Assembly: GCA_965199755.1 (NCBI GenBank)
Contig: CBDASZ010000001.1
Location: forward strand, 384,001 to 448,000
DNA: 64,000 nucleotides
Source of the DNA: an uncultured candidatus Porisulfidus sp.
GTDB lineage: Bacteria; Pseudomonadota; Gammaproteobacteria; Poriferisulfidales; Poriferisulfidaceae
Direction of reading: 5' to 3'
Shown in pieces: positions 50,139 through 60,238 of the stretch (positions within the stretch are counted from its first letter, which is position 1; every line of letters begins with the position of its first letter). A program made the translations under genes and the position numbers. Below the pieces are notes generated by a model that was not told the DNA's origin, did not search any database, and worked only from the letters and a program-made list of their open reading frames with translations.

Positions 50139-51524
50139 ATGAGTTTGCACGCTTCCGATAGTTCCCAGCATGGCCTGTGGTCGAAGCGCGCGGCCTTTAT
50201 GTTTGCCGCGATTGGCTCCGCGGTGGGCCTCGGCAACATCTGGAAGTTTCCCTATATGGTCGGTGAGTCCGGCGGGGGCGCTTTTGTACTGGTCTATCTG
50301 GTGTGCATCATCGTGATCGGTCTGCCGGTGATGATGGCCGAAATTACTTTGGGTCAGCGCGGCCGGCATAGTCCGGTGCAAACCATGCGCCGGCTGGCGA
50401 AAGAAGACGGCAATTCGCCGGCATGGCAGATCATTGGCTGGATGGGCATGCTGGCGGGCGTGATGATCTTGTCGTTCTATGTAGTGATTGCTGGCTGGAC
50501 GGTGGCGTATCTGGTCGACAGCGTGCAGGGGGCCTTTGAGGGTTTTGACGCGGCGGCAGCCCAAATTCATTTTGAAGCGCTGGTGTCGAGTCCGAAGCAT
50601 CTGATCTTCTGGCACACACTGATGACGGTACTGACCGCCTGGGTGGTGATGCGTGGCGTCAATCACGGCATTGAGAAAGCCACTACCATCCTGATGCCAT
50701 CGCTGTTCGCGCTGCTGCTGCTGCTGGTCGGTTATGGCGCGTTGTATGGCGACTTCACGCGGAGCATCGAGTATCTGTTCGTGTTCGACTTCGCGCAAAT
50801 TACCCCGCAAGTGACGCTTAGCGCCATCGGACAGGCATTCTTTTCACTGAGCATTGGCATGGGTGCCATCATGGTTTATGGTGCCTACCTGCCGCGCAAA
50901 TACTCGATCCCGGAAGCCGCCACGGTGGTGGTCAGCGCCGATATGGTGGTCGCCTTGCTGATGGGGATGGCGCTGTTTCCGGTAGTGTTCTCAAGCGGGC
51001 TTGAACCCAGTGCAGGGCCGGGTCTGATCTTCCAGACTCTGGTGCTCGCCTTCGATCAGATGCCTGGCGGCTGGCTGATCGGCATTTTGTTCTTCGCCCT
51101 GACCATGATCGCGGCGTGGACTTCCGCGATTTCCCTGCTGGAGCCGATTGTGTCGTGGATGGTGGATTCCCGCGGCATGCGGCGGCGCACCGCGACCGTC
51201 TTGTGCTCCAGCATCGTCTGGACAGTGGGTCTGGGCACGGTGTTTTCTTTCAATATCGGTAGCGACTTGCAACTTTATGAACGCACCTTTTTCGATTGGC
51301 TGGACTACATGACCTCGAACCTCATGCTGCCGCTCGGCGGCATCCTGATCTCGCTGTACGCCGGCTGGATGGTGCGACGGGAAATCATGCAAAAACAGCT
51401 CGGCATCAAACATGATGTGCTGTTTCACGGTTGGCTGTGGCTGGTGCGCGTGATTGTCCCGGTGTCGATTGCGCTGGTGCTGTTGCACGGTCTTGGGATT
51501 CTGCACAATCTCGGAATTCTCTAA
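50139..51524 (+). CDS. Sodium-dependent transporter (NSS family)
   Basis: GSAVGLGNIWKFPY, QAFFSLS, GPGLIF. Confidence 0.95.
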   Translation: MSLHASDSSQHGLWSKRAAFMFAAIGSAVGLGNIWKFPYMVGESGGGAFVLVYLVCIIVIGLPVMMAEITLGQRGRHSPVQTMRRLAKEDGNSPAWQIIGWMGMLAGVMILSFYVVIAGWTVAYLVDSVQGAFEGFDAAAAQIHFEALVSSPKHLIFWHTLMTVLTAWVVMRGVNHGIEKATTILMPSLFALLLLLVGYGALYGDFTRSIEYLFVFDFAQITPQVTLSAIGQAFFSLSIGMGAIMVYGAYLPRKYSIPEAATVVVSADMVVALLMGMALFPVVFSSGLEPSAGPGLIFQTLVLAFDQMPGGWLIGILFFALTMIAAWTSAISLLEPIVSWMVDSRGMRRRTATVLCSSIVWTVGLGTVFSFNIGSDLQLYERTFFDWLDYMTSNLMLPLGGILISLYAGWMVRREIMQKQLGIKHDVLFHGWLWLVRVIVPVSIALVLLHGLGILHNLGIL

Positions 51525-51536
51525 TCGGGTTTCGGC

Positions 51537-51962
51537 ATGCAGGTGCACCGCGCGGAGAAGGTCGCGGATTCCACGTCACAGTTATATGAGCTGGTCAACG
51601 ACGTCGAATCCTATCCAAAGTTTCTGCCGTGGTGCCCGAAAGCCGAAGTGCTGGTGCGCGGCGACAATGAAGTGACCGCCCGCCTGACGCTGGCGCGCGC
51701 GGGCCTGCAAACCTCCTTCACCACCCGCAATGTGCTGCAGCCTGGTGAGCGCATTGACATGCATCTGCAGGACGGACCGTTCAAGAAACTGCACGGCACC
51801 TGGACCTTCACCGAAGAAGAAGATGGCTGTATCGTGGCGCTCAACATGGACTTCCAGGTTAGCGGGCCACTGCGGCTGTTGGGTTTCTCCAGAGCCTTTG
51901 CAGAAGCCTGCGACCGGATGGTGCATGCCTTCGTCGTGGAGGCGGAGCGCCGCCGCAAGTGA
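51537..51962 (+). CDS. ratA: RatA/PasT START-domain protein
   Basis: LVNDVESYPKFLPWC, FTTRN, GPFKKL.G.W. Confidence 0.93.
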   Translation: MQVHRAEKVADSTSQLYELVNDVESYPKFLPWCPKAEVLVRGDNEVTARLTLARAGLQTSFTTRNVLQPGERIDMHLQDGPFKKLHGTWTFTEEEDGCIVALNMDFQVSGPLRLLGFSRAFAEACDRMVHAFVVEAERRRK

Positions 51963-52243
51963 ATATCAGCTGGGTGGACCCGGGTGCCTCGCGACCGGCA
52001 CCACAGCCTTTGGAAGTCCCGGACGGCTCCCGTGTGTGTGAAGTGCTGGTGCGATTGGGCTGGCGTGAACCGCCGGAGGAAGAGGGCCGTTGGGGGTTTA
52101 GCGTGTTTGGGCGTACGGTCGACGCCCAGTATCAACTGCAGGACGGAGATCGGCTGGAATTGTGCCCGCCGTTAGAGTGCGCTCCAATGGACGCGCGGCG
52201 CGCACGCGCCGCCGCGCAAAAAACCGCCAAACGCAGTCGCTGA
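51959..52243 (+). CDS. ratB: RnfH/RatB ubiquitin-like protein
   Basis: VFG, LQDGDRLE..PL...ARRARA; follows ratA. Confidence 0.85.
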   Translation: MNISWVDPGASRPAPQPLEVPDGSRVCEVLVRLGWREPPEEEGRWGFSVFGRTVDAQYQLQDGDRLELCPPLECAPMDARRARAAAQKTAKRSR

Positions 52244-52250
52244 ATTTTCG

Positions 52251-52790
52251 CTACGGACTAGAGGTCTGCTCGGGTTCGGTCAGCGCTTCTTCAAGGGCTA
52301 GCGCTGAGGAATCGTCATCCTGTACCTGCACACCAGAGGCTTCGGGCTCCGCGGTCGGTTCCGTATCCTCAACAGGCAGATCGTCTGCCTCAAGATCCGG
52401 TGCCAGGCTGCGGTCCAGACCTTCGGCCTCCGGGTCGATGCGCACCAGACGGCGAATCTTGGCAACCTTGCCGCCCTCAAAATGAATGCTGATCAGGCCG
52501 AGTTCGGACTCCTCCGCTTTGCTGGATGCTTCCTTGTAGTACGGGTATTCCCAGCGCGCGTGGTGAAACGCATCTTTCACCAACGGACTGCCCATCAGAA
52601 ACTTGACCTGCTCAGCGGTCATGCCGATGCGCAACTGACGCACTGACTCTTCATTCAGGACATTTCCCTGCTGCACCTGCACGCGGTGCTGCGCCAGCGT
52701 GAAGCCTTCCGGCAGCATGTAATCGCAGCTGGAACCCCCCGCACCGAAAGCCAAAATCGGCAGCAGTTGAAAAATGCGTGGCAATCTCAT
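52251..52790 (-). CDS. bamE: Outer membrane assembly lipoprotein BamE with acidic tail
   Basis: Lipobox-like Cys, QQGN, GMTAEQV..LMGSP, RWEY. Confidence 0.9.
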   Translation of the reverse strand: MRLPRIFQLLPILAFGAGGSSCDYMLPEGFTLAQHRVQVQQGNVLNEESVRQLRIGMTAEQVKFLMGSPLVKDAFHHARWEYPYYKEASSKAEESELGLISIHFEGGKVAKIRRLVRIDPEAEGLDRSLAPDLEADDLPVEDTEPTAEPEASGVQVQDDDSSALALEEALTEPEQTSSP

Positions 52791-54472
52791 GGTGCTATTC
52801 TACCGTCAGCCGTGCCGTGCACTTGATCCAGCAGCGCTTGCGCGTGACTGCGGGCAGTGTCGGTTTTCTCAATGCCTGAGAACATACGGGTCAGTTCTTC
52901 CACCCGCCCGGATGAGTCCAGCACATCTACCTCGGTGCGGCCACTCTCGTGTTTGCGCACACAGTAGTGATGATGCGCCTGCACCGCGACCTGCGGCAGG
53001 TGAGTGACGCACAGCACTTGCGCCCACGCGCCAAGGCGCGCCAGAAGTTGGCCGACGATTTCCGCCGGACCGCCGCCGATGCCCGCGTCTACCTCATCGA
53101 AAATCATCACCGGTGTCTCTTCACTGCTGAGTGCCTGCTGCAGCGCCAGCGACAGCCGGGATAGCTCACCGCCAGATGCGACCGCATGGAGCGAGCCGGG
53201 ATCCTGCTCCGGGTTGGTGCGGATGCGAAACTCAATCTCATCAGTGCCATGCGCCGCGGGTTCGCGCTCGGCGTCCGCATCCACCGCGATCACAAACTCC
53301 GCATGCGGCATGCCCAGTTGCCGCAGGATGTCGGTGGTCTGGCTGGCGATTTTTTTTGCGGCGCGCTGGCGCGCCTTTGAGATCTGCGCCGCCTGCGCAC
53401 GGTAGTCGCGTTGCAACTCCTGTACTTGCGCCTCCAGCGCATCGGCATCGTATTGCGGCGACTGCAAGCGCGCAAGTTCCTCCCGCAAGTTTTGCGTGTG
53501 CGCCCACAATTCCTGAGCCCGCACCTGATGTTTGCGCGCCATCTCATGCGCGGCCCCCAGACGCTGCTCGACTTCCGCCTGCGCTTCGGGGTCAAGACTG
53601 ATGCTCTCCAGACTGTGGCGCAGGCGGTGTACCGCTTCCTCGACCTGATTGAAGGCCTCCGGCAGGAGTTCCGTCGCGTCCTTCAGTCGGGGGTCGCATT
53701 GTGCGGCCTGCTCAAACTTCGCCGCCGCGCTCACCAGTCTCGAATGGGTGGAATCCTGCTCCCGGTCATACAGTGAGTCGATCAGTTCTGCGCACAGCGC
53801 GCGCAACTCATCAGCGCTGGCGAGTCGTCGCTGCTGGACGTCCAATTCTTCGTAGTCGCCCTCGCACAGGCCCAACGCTTCAAGTTCCTGTACCTGAAAT
53901 TCCAGCAGCACCACGTTCTGGCGATGCTGTTCCCGGTCCGCGCCCAGTTGTTGCGCCTGAGTCTGCGCGTCTGCCCAAGCGCGGTGACAGGCGGCCAGTT
54001 TCTGCAGGGCGTCGGCGTGTCCGCAGGCACCGTCGAGCAGGACGCGCTGATGGGCGCGCTGCAGCAAGCGCTGGTGTTCATGCTGGCCGTGGATTTCGAT
54101 CATCTGCTGTCCGGCCTCGCGCAGTGCGCCAATCGAGACCGGGGTGTCATTCACGTAAGCGCGTGAGGAGGACGGGGTCAGCATGCGGCGCAGCAGCAGA
54201 GCATTGTCATCGGTGGTGAACTCATGTTGTGTGAGCCAGTCGCGAATGCCGTCGTGTTCCGGCAGTTCGCATTGCAGTGTGATTTCGGCGCGTTCAGCGC
54301 CTTGGCGAATGAGTTCACGGCCGCCGCGGGCACCCAGCGCCAGACCAATGGCACCAATCAGAATGGATTTGCCGGCACCGGTCTCGCCACTGAACACACT
54401 GAGTCCCGGCTGGAATTCCAGCTCCAGGCGTTCAATGACAGCCAGCCCTCGGACGCTCAGGGTGCGTAGCAT
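52787..54472 (-). CDS. recN: DNA repair protein RecN
   Basis: GETGAGKS, ASGGELSR, FDEVDAG, VTHLPQVA. Confidence 0.97.
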   Translation of the reverse strand: MLRTLSVRGLAVIERLELEFQPGLSVFSGETGAGKSILIGAIGLALGARGGRELIRQGAERAEITLQCELPEHDGIRDWLTQHEFTTDDNALLLRRMLTPSSSRAYVNDTPVSIGALREAGQQMIEIHGQHEHQRLLQRAHQRVLLDGACGHADALQKLAACHRAWADAQTQAQQLGADREQHRQNVVLLEFQVQELEALGLCEGDYEELDVQQRRLASADELRALCAELIDSLYDREQDSTHSRLVSAAAKFEQAAQCDPRLKDATELLPEAFNQVEEAVHRLRHSLESISLDPEAQAEVEQRLGAAHEMARKHQVRAQELWAHTQNLREELARLQSPQYDADALEAQVQELQRDYRAQAAQISKARQRAAKKIASQTTDILRQLGMPHAEFVIAVDADAEREPAAHGTDEIEFRIRTNPEQDPGSLHAVASGGELSRLSLALQQALSSEETPVMIFDEVDAGIGGGPAEIVGQLLARLGAWAQVLCVTHLPQVAVQAHHHYCVRKHESGRTEVDVLDSSGRVEELTRMFSGIEKTDTARSHAQALLDQVHGTADGRIAP

Positions 54473-54478
54473 CAGAAC

Positions 54479-55342
54479 TTACAAGTTCCAGGAAAGTTTG
54501 CGGCGCAGCACCTCGAAGTGGTCATGATTGACCGGCTGCACCAGTTTCAGCGGATAACTCTGATGACGGATGCGAATGCGATCGCCGACGCCCAATTCCT
54601 GATTGGCACCGCCGTCAAAGGAGATCTGGCCGCGGCTTTCCGCGCGGCCAATGACTTCAAGTTCGACTTTGCTGTCCACATCAATGACAATCGGACGACT
54701 TGACAGCATGTGCGGGCAGATCGGCACCAGCACCAGAACATCGAGTTGCGGTGACACAATCGGGCCTCCGCCCGACAAGGCGTAGGCGGTCGAACCGGTC
54801 GGGGTGGAGACGATCAGACCGTCGGCGCGCAACGAACTCAACAGCCGCCCGTCAATGCGGATCTGCAATTCAATCATGTGCAAGTCACGATAACTGTGCA
54901 CCACAATGTCATTGATGGCGTCGTGCGTGCATAGCACGTCGTCGCTGCGCGAGACTTCGCCGGTCAGAATGGAGCGCTCGTCAATTTCATGCTGGCCGTT
55001 CAAAATGGCACCCAGCACCTCGGTGATCTGGTGTGGGTAGATGTCGGCCAGAAACCCCAATCGTCCCCAGTTGACGCCGCACACCGGCACGCCCTGCGGG
55101 GCCAGATGATTGGCGGCAATCAGCAAGGTGCCGTCACCGCCGACGATCACACCGAGGTCCGCCTGCTGCGCGATGTCGTCGAGCGTTCTTTCCGAGTCCA
55201 GACCCAGAATGCGCGCCGCTTCCGTATCCGGCAGCAATTCCAGTTCCAGCTCCGCGACTAGGTCGGCGACGCGGCGCAGGGATTCGGCGGTGGTGTGCGT
55301 TCCGGGGCGAGTAATCAGGCCAATCCGGCGATAAGCGGGCAT
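54479..55342 (-). CDS. nadK: NAD kinase
   Basis: GGDGT, GRLGFL, TPTGSTAYALS. Confidence 0.96.
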   Translation of the reverse strand: MPAYRRIGLITRPGTHTTAESLRRVADLVAELELELLPDTEAARILGLDSERTLDDIAQQADLGVIVGGDGTLLIAANHLAPQGVPVCGVNWGRLGFLADIYPHQITEVLGAILNGQHEIDERSILTGEVSRSDDVLCTHDAINDIVVHSYRDLHMIELQIRIDGRLLSSLRADGLIVSTPTGSTAYALSGGGPIVSPQLDVLVLVPICPHMLSSRPIVIDVDSKVELEVIGRAESRGQISFDGGANQELGVGDRIRIRHQSYPLKLVQPVNHDHFEVLRRKLSWNL

Positions 55343-55391
55343 GCGGCAGGTGAGGCGATGGGGGGAGGCGCTATTGTACCGCCCGCCGCCC

Positions 55392-55419
55392 CTTGAAATT
55401 GAGTATGGACGCCCCATAT
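55392..55419 (+). promoter_or_regulatory. Sigma32 heat-shock promoter of grpE-dnaK-dnaJ
   Basis: CTTGAA-14 nt-CCCCATAT. Confidence 0.85.
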
Positions 55420-55451
55420 AAAAATAACAAGCCGCAAGGTCAGCGATTTCC

Positions 55452-56021
55452 ATGCACGATACCGAAGCACAAACGCCCGAGCTTGAAGACAGCGCTGCAG
55501 ACGAGGAGACGCGCGACGAGGGGACGGCGGTCGAGCCGGATCGGCAGGCCGAACTGTTGTTGCAACAAGATGCGCTGGCGCGGGCTCTCGCGGAGTTGGA
55601 GAACGCGCAAAAGCGCCACACACGCGAGCGCGAGGCGGACCAGCGTTATCGGGTCGAGCCGCTGGCGCGCGAACTGCTAGGGTTTCGGGACACGCTGGAA
55701 GATGCCTGTCGCGCCATGGAACAGCAGGGCGATGATGTCCCGAAGGCCTTGCGCGAAGGACAGACGCTGCTGTTGCGCCAACTGGAGCAGATCTTTGAGA
55801 AATTCGGCATCGACGCGATTGGCCCGAAAGGGGACGCCTTCGATCCGAAATTGCACGAGGCGATGACTACTTTGCCGAGCGAGGAGGTCGCGCCCGGGCA
55901 TGTAATCGAGGTGGTGCGCCGCGGTTATATCTTGCACGATCGCCTGTTGCGCCCGGCGCAAGTGGTGGTGGCGTCCGAGGCGCAGCCGCCGGAGACGCCT
56001 GAGTCTGAGGACTCGGCTTGA
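55452..56021 (+). CDS. grpE: Nucleotide exchange factor GrpE
   Basis: FDPKLHEA, GY.LHDRLLRPA.VVV. Confidence 0.96.
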   Translation: MHDTEAQTPELEDSAADEETRDEGTAVEPDRQAELLLQQDALARALAELENAQKRHTREREADQRYRVEPLARELLGFRDTLEDACRAMEQQGDDVPKALREGQTLLLRQLEQIFEKFGIDAIGPKGDAFDPKLHEAMTTLPSEEVAPGHVIEVVRRGYILHDRLLRPAQVVVASEAQPPETPESEDSA

Positions 56022-56093
56022 TTTTGGCGCACACAGACCTTATTTAATAAACAGGGCCGGTCGATACACGACCGCAACGGAGAACCAAACGAC

Positions 56094-58049
56094 ATGGCAA
56101 AGATTATCGGCATTGATCTCGGCACGACCAATTCCTGCGTGGCGGTGATGGAAGGCACCACTGCGCGTGTGCTTGAGAACAGCGAAGGCGACCGCACCAC
56201 GCCGTCCGTGGTGGCATTCACGGATGACGGCGACGAGGTGCTTGTCGGTCAGACCGCGAAGCGTCAGGCGGTAACCAATCCGCAGAACACGGTGTTTGCC
56301 GCCAAGCGCCTGATCGGGCGTCGCTTCGACGAGGCTGAAGTGCAAAAGGACATCAAACTGGTGCCGTTTTCGATCGTGAAGGCGGACAATGGTGACGCCT
56401 GGGTGGAAGTGCATGACAAGAAGATGGCACCTCCGGAGATTTCAGCGCGCGTGCTCGGCAAGATGAAGCAGACGGCCGAGGAGTATCTCGGTGAGAGCGT
56501 GACCGAGGCAGTCATCACGGTGCCGGCGTATTTCAATGACTCGCAGCGCCAGGCGACCAAGGACGCCGGGCGTATCGCCGGGCTGGATGTGAAGCGCATT
56601 ATCAACGAGCCGACCGCGGCGGCGCTGGCCTACGGCATGGACAAGAAGCACGGCGACGTCAAGATCGCGGTCTACGATTTGGGCGGCGGCACCTTTGACA
56701 TCTCGATCATCGAGATCGCCGAGATCGACGGCGAGCACCAGTTTGAAGTGCTGGCGACCAATGGCGACACCTTTTTGGGTGGTGAGGATTTTGACCTGCG
56801 GCTGATTGACTATCTGTGCGACGAGTTCAAGAAGCAGTGCGGTGTGGATCTGCACAATGACCCAATTGCGCTGCAGCGTCTGAAAGAGGCGTCCGAGAAA
56901 GCCAAGGTGGAGTTGTCGACCGCGCAGCAGACCGAAGTCAATCTCCCGTTCATTACCGCGGATGCCAGTGGGCCGAAGCACCTGAACGTCAAGATCACGC
57001 GCGCCAAACTCGAATCCCTCGTGGAGGATCTGATCGAGCGCACGGTGGCACCGTGCCGCACGGCGCTGTCAGACGCGGGCTTGACTGCGAGCCAGATTTC
57101 TTCCGTGATTCTGGTCGGCGGACAGACGCGGATGCCGAAAGTGCAGGAAGTGGTGGAGCAGGTGTTCGCTCAGGCACCGCGCAAGGACGTCAACCCGGAT
57201 GAAGCGGTGGCGTTGGGCGCGGCCGTGCAAGGTGGCGTACTCGGTGGCGATGTGCACGATGTGCTGCTGCTGGATGTCACTCCGCTGTCGCTCGGCATCG
57301 AGACGCTCGGTGGCGTGATGACCAAATTGATCGAGAAGAACACGACCATTCCGACCACCCAGACGCAGGTGTTCTCAACCGCCGCGGACAACCAGCCGGC
57401 GGTGACCGTGCATGTGCTGCAGGGAGAACGTGAACGTGCCGATGGCAACAAGTCGCTCGGTCGCTTCGACTTGACCGATCTGCCACCGGCCCCGCGCGGT
57501 GTGCCGCAGATTGAAGTGGCGTTCGATATCGATGCCAACGGCATTTTGAATGTGTCGGCGAAGGACAAGGCGACCGGCAAGGAGCAGTCGATTGTGGTCA
57601 AGGCATCCAGCGGGCTGTCGGAGGATGAGATTGATCGCATGGTCAAGGATGCCGAGGAGCATGCGGCCGAGGACCGCAAGTTCCAGGAACTGGCGCAGGC
57701 ACGCAACACGGCTGACGCGCTGATCCACGCCACGCAAAAAGCGATGGAGGATCTGGGCGAACAGGTCAGTGGTGAGGAGCGCGCGAGTGTGGAGTCGGCG
57801 ATCAATGACCTCAAGGGTGTGCTCGACAGCGAGGATCTGGAGATCCTTGAGGCGAAAACAAAAGCGCTGACGGACGTCAGTGGTGGCATTGCCCAGCGCG
57901 CTTATGAGGCCGCGCAGCAACCGGATGAAGCGCCAGAAGGCGCGACAGCCGAGGAGGCGAAAGGGGACGTGGTGGATGCCGACTTTGATGAAGTGGACGA
58001 GAAGTCGGGCAGCAATGGTTCCGGCCAGGGTAACGGCAAGTCGTCCTGA
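56094..58049 (+). CDS. dnaK: Chaperone DnaK
   Basis: [17 protein letters not shown], Hsp70 signatures. Confidence 0.99.
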   Translation: MAKIIGIDLGTTNSCVAVMEGTTARVLENSEGDRTTPSVVAFTDDGDEVLVGQTAKRQAVTNPQNTVFAAKRLIGRRFDEAEVQKDIKLVPFSIVKADNGDAWVEVHDKKMAPPEISARVLGKMKQTAEEYLGESVTEAVITVPAYFNDSQRQATKDAGRIAGLDVKRIINEPTAAALAYGMDKKHGDVKIAVYDLGGGTFDISIIEIAEIDGEHQFEVLATNGDTFLGGEDFDLRLIDYLCDEFKKQCGVDLHNDPIALQRLKEASEKAKVELSTAQQTEVNLPFITADASGPKHLNVKITRAKLESLVEDLIERTVAPCRTALSDAGLTASQISSVILVGGQTRMPKVQEVVEQVFAQAPRKDVNPDEAVALGAAVQGGVLGGDVHDVLLLDVTPLSLGIETLGGVMTKLIEKNTTIPTTQTQVFSTAADNQPAVTVHVLQGERERADGNKSLGRFDLTDLPPAPRGVPQIEVAFDIDANGILNVSAKDKATGKEQSIVVKASSGLSEDEIDRMVKDAEEHAAEDRKFQELAQARNTADALIHATQKAMEDLGEQVSGEERASVESAINDLKGVLDSEDLEILEAKTKALTDVSGGIAQRAYEAAQQPDEAPEGATAEEAKGDVVDADFDEVDEKSGSNGSGQGNGKSS

Positions 58050-58073
58050 TGGACGCGCAAGCCGCACGCGGCT

Positions 58074-59219
58074 ATGGCCAAACGTGATTGCTACGAGATC
58101 CTCGGGGTCAGTCGCGGCGTCAATGAAGCGGAGCTGAAAAAGGCGTACCGACGTCTGGCCATGAAGCATCACCCGGATCGCAACCGGGAAGATCCGGAAG
58201 CTGACCGCAAGTTCCGGGAAATTCAGGAAGCCTACGGTATTCTTTCAAGCCCTGAGAAGCGCGCCCAGTACGATCGCTTTGGACACGACGGGGTGTCTAT
58301 GAGCGGGGCCGGCGCAGGCGCGGAAGCGGGAGGCTTCGGTGCTGGATTCGAGGACATCTTTGGCGATGTGTTCGGTGACGTATTCGGTCGCCGTGGCGGC
58401 TCTCGTGGCGCTGCGCAGACGCGCGGCTCCGATCTCATGTACAGCATGGACCTGGACCTGGAAGAGGCGGTCTTTGGTGTGACGCGCGAAGTGTCGGTGG
58501 AGACGCCGGTGCCTTGTGAGACCTGCTCAGGCTCCGGTTGTGCGCCGGGGACCAAACCGGAAGTCTGTGGCACCTGTCAGGGACGCGGCGAAGTAGTGGT
58601 GCAGCAGGGGTTCTTCACCATGCGCCAGACCTGCCCGACGTGTCACGGGCAGGGCCAGTCGATTCGGGTGCCGTGCGATACCTGCCATGGTGCCGGGCGC
58701 GTACGCCGCGCGCGGCAGTTGCGTGTCAAGATTCCCGCCGGCGTCGATGACGGCGACCGCGTGCGTCTGGCAGGCGAGGGCGAAGCCGGAGTTCGCGGCG
58801 CGGATTCGGGCGACCTTTATGTTGAGGTGCGGGTGCGCGAGCATCGCCTGTTTCGACGCGATAACCAGAACTTGCATTGCGAAGTGCCGATCAGTTTCAC
58901 CACGGCAGCACTGGGCGGCGTGCTCAAGGTGCCGACGCTGGACGGCCATGTCAACCTGAAAATCCCCCCGGAGACGCAATCCGGGAGTGCCTTGCGTTTG
59001 CGCGGCAAAGGGGTGCGCTCCATCCGCAGCAACCATCAAGGTGATATGATTTGTAACTTGGTCGTGGAGACTCCGGTTAATCTCAGCATGGAACAAAAAC
59101 ATTTGCTGCAGGAACTGGAGGATTCTGTCACCGGTGAGGAAGTGCACTCGCCACGTGTTGAATCCTGGCTGGAACGTGGCCGCAGTTTTGTGGACAATCT
59201 AAAATCCTGGTTACACTGA
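58074..59219 (+). CDS. dnaJ: Chaperone DnaJ
   Basis: HPD, G/F region, four CxxCxGxG. Confidence 0.98.
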   Translation: MAKRDCYEILGVSRGVNEAELKKAYRRLAMKHHPDRNREDPEADRKFREIQEAYGILSSPEKRAQYDRFGHDGVSMSGAGAGAEAGGFGAGFEDIFGDVFGDVFGRRGGSRGAAQTRGSDLMYSMDLDLEEAVFGVTREVSVETPVPCETCSGSGCAPGTKPEVCGTCQGRGEVVVQQGFFTMRQTCPTCHGQGQSIRVPCDTCHGAGRVRRARQLRVKIPAGVDDGDRVRLAGEGEAGVRGADSGDLYVEVRVREHRLFRRDNQNLHCEVPISFTTAALGGVLKVPTLDGHVNLKIPPETQSGSALRLRGKGVRSIRSNHQGDMICNLVVETPVNLSMEQKHLLQELEDSVTGEEVHSPRVESWLERGRSFVDNLKSWLH

Positions 59220-59241
59220 CCGACTATTGGGAGAGAAAATC

Positions 59242-60063
59242 ATGATGGATGAAGTGCGCGTTGGCATTGCGGGCATCACCGGACGGATGGGCGAGACGCT
59301 GGTGCATGCCGCGCTTGAGACGCCAGGTGTGGTGCTCGGCGCAGCCAGTTCCCGCAGCCACGATGATCTGGTGGTCGGACAAGACGCTGGACTGTTCACT
59401 CAGGCGAAGGCTGCCGGCGTGGCGATTTCCGGCTCGCTGGAGTATTGCCGCAACGACTTTGATGTCGCCATAGATTTCACTGTGCCGGAGTTTTCGGTGC
59501 AACTGGCGCAGCTGTGCATCGAATACCGCAAGGGTCTGGTGATCGGCACGACCGGCCACAGCGACGAAGAACTCGACGAGATACAAAAAGCGGCGGAGCA
59601 GATTCCGATTGTGATGTCGCCCAATATGAGTGTCGGCATCAATCTGATGCTGAAGCTGCTGCACGATGCATCGGGAATTCTGGGGTCGGAGGTGGATGTG
59701 GATATCATCGAGCATCATCACCGCACCAAGCGTGATGTGCCGTCCGGCACAGCATTGGCGCTTGGGCATGCGCTGGCGGAAGGCCGCGGACAGGAGTTTT
59801 CTGAGTGCGTGTCGTTTAAGGCGCTGGAAGAAGGCGTCGAGCGGGACCCGTCCATCATGCACTTTCATATCCTGCGCCAGACCGGTGTGGTTGGTGAGCA
59901 CAGGGTGATCTTCGCGCTGTCCGGGGAGCGACTGGAGTTGGTGCATCACGCCACGGATCGACATATTTTCGCAAGGGGCGCGTTGCGCGCGGCGGCTTGG
60001 GTGTCACGTCAGCCTCCTGGTTTGTACTCGATGCGTGAAGTGCTGTCCAGAGCGACGAGTTGA
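59242..60063 (+). CDS. dapB: 4-hydroxy-tetrahydrodipicolinate reductase
   Basis: [27 protein letters not shown]. Confidence 0.95.
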   Translation: MMDEVRVGIAGITGRMGETLVHAALETPGVVLGAASSRSHDDLVVGQDAGLFTQAKAAGVAISGSLEYCRNDFDVAIDFTVPEFSVQLAQLCIEYRKGLVIGTTGHSDEELDEIQKAAEQIPIVMSPNMSVGINLMLKLLHDASGILGSEVDVDIIEHHHRTKRDVPSGTALALGHALAEGRGQEFSECVSFKALEEGVERDPSIMHFHILRQTGVVGEHRVIFALSGERLELVHHATDRHIFARGALRAAAWVSRQPPGLYSMREVLSRATS

Positions 60064-60114
60064 AGAGTTGACAGGATCAGGCTGGTTCTCCCCCCGGCGG
60101 GAATGAGCCGGTGC

Positions 60115-60202
60115 GGAGAGGTGGCAGAGTGGTCGAATGCGGCGGTCTTGAAAACCGTTGAATCGAAAGGTTCCGGGGGTTCGAATCCCTCCCTCTCCGC
60201 CA
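60115..60202 (+). tRNA. tRNA-Ser (TGA)
   Basis: GGAGAGG/CCTCTCC acceptor, TGA anticodon, long variable arm, CCA end. Confidence 0.96.
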
Positions 60203-60238
60203 GTTTTGCATTCTCACCAGATCGACTGTAGAGGGCAC

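Noticed and set aside
55380-55451. CIRCE/HrcA control of the dnaK operon
   Set aside because: No TTAGCACTC inverted repeat and no hrcA; a clear sigma32 promoter is present
55343-55621. Long N-terminal extensions given by the ORF track (nadK; likewise metY, vsr, hda, ctaG, mutM)
   Set aside because: They overlap neighbouring genes or promoters; family-consistent starts lie downstream
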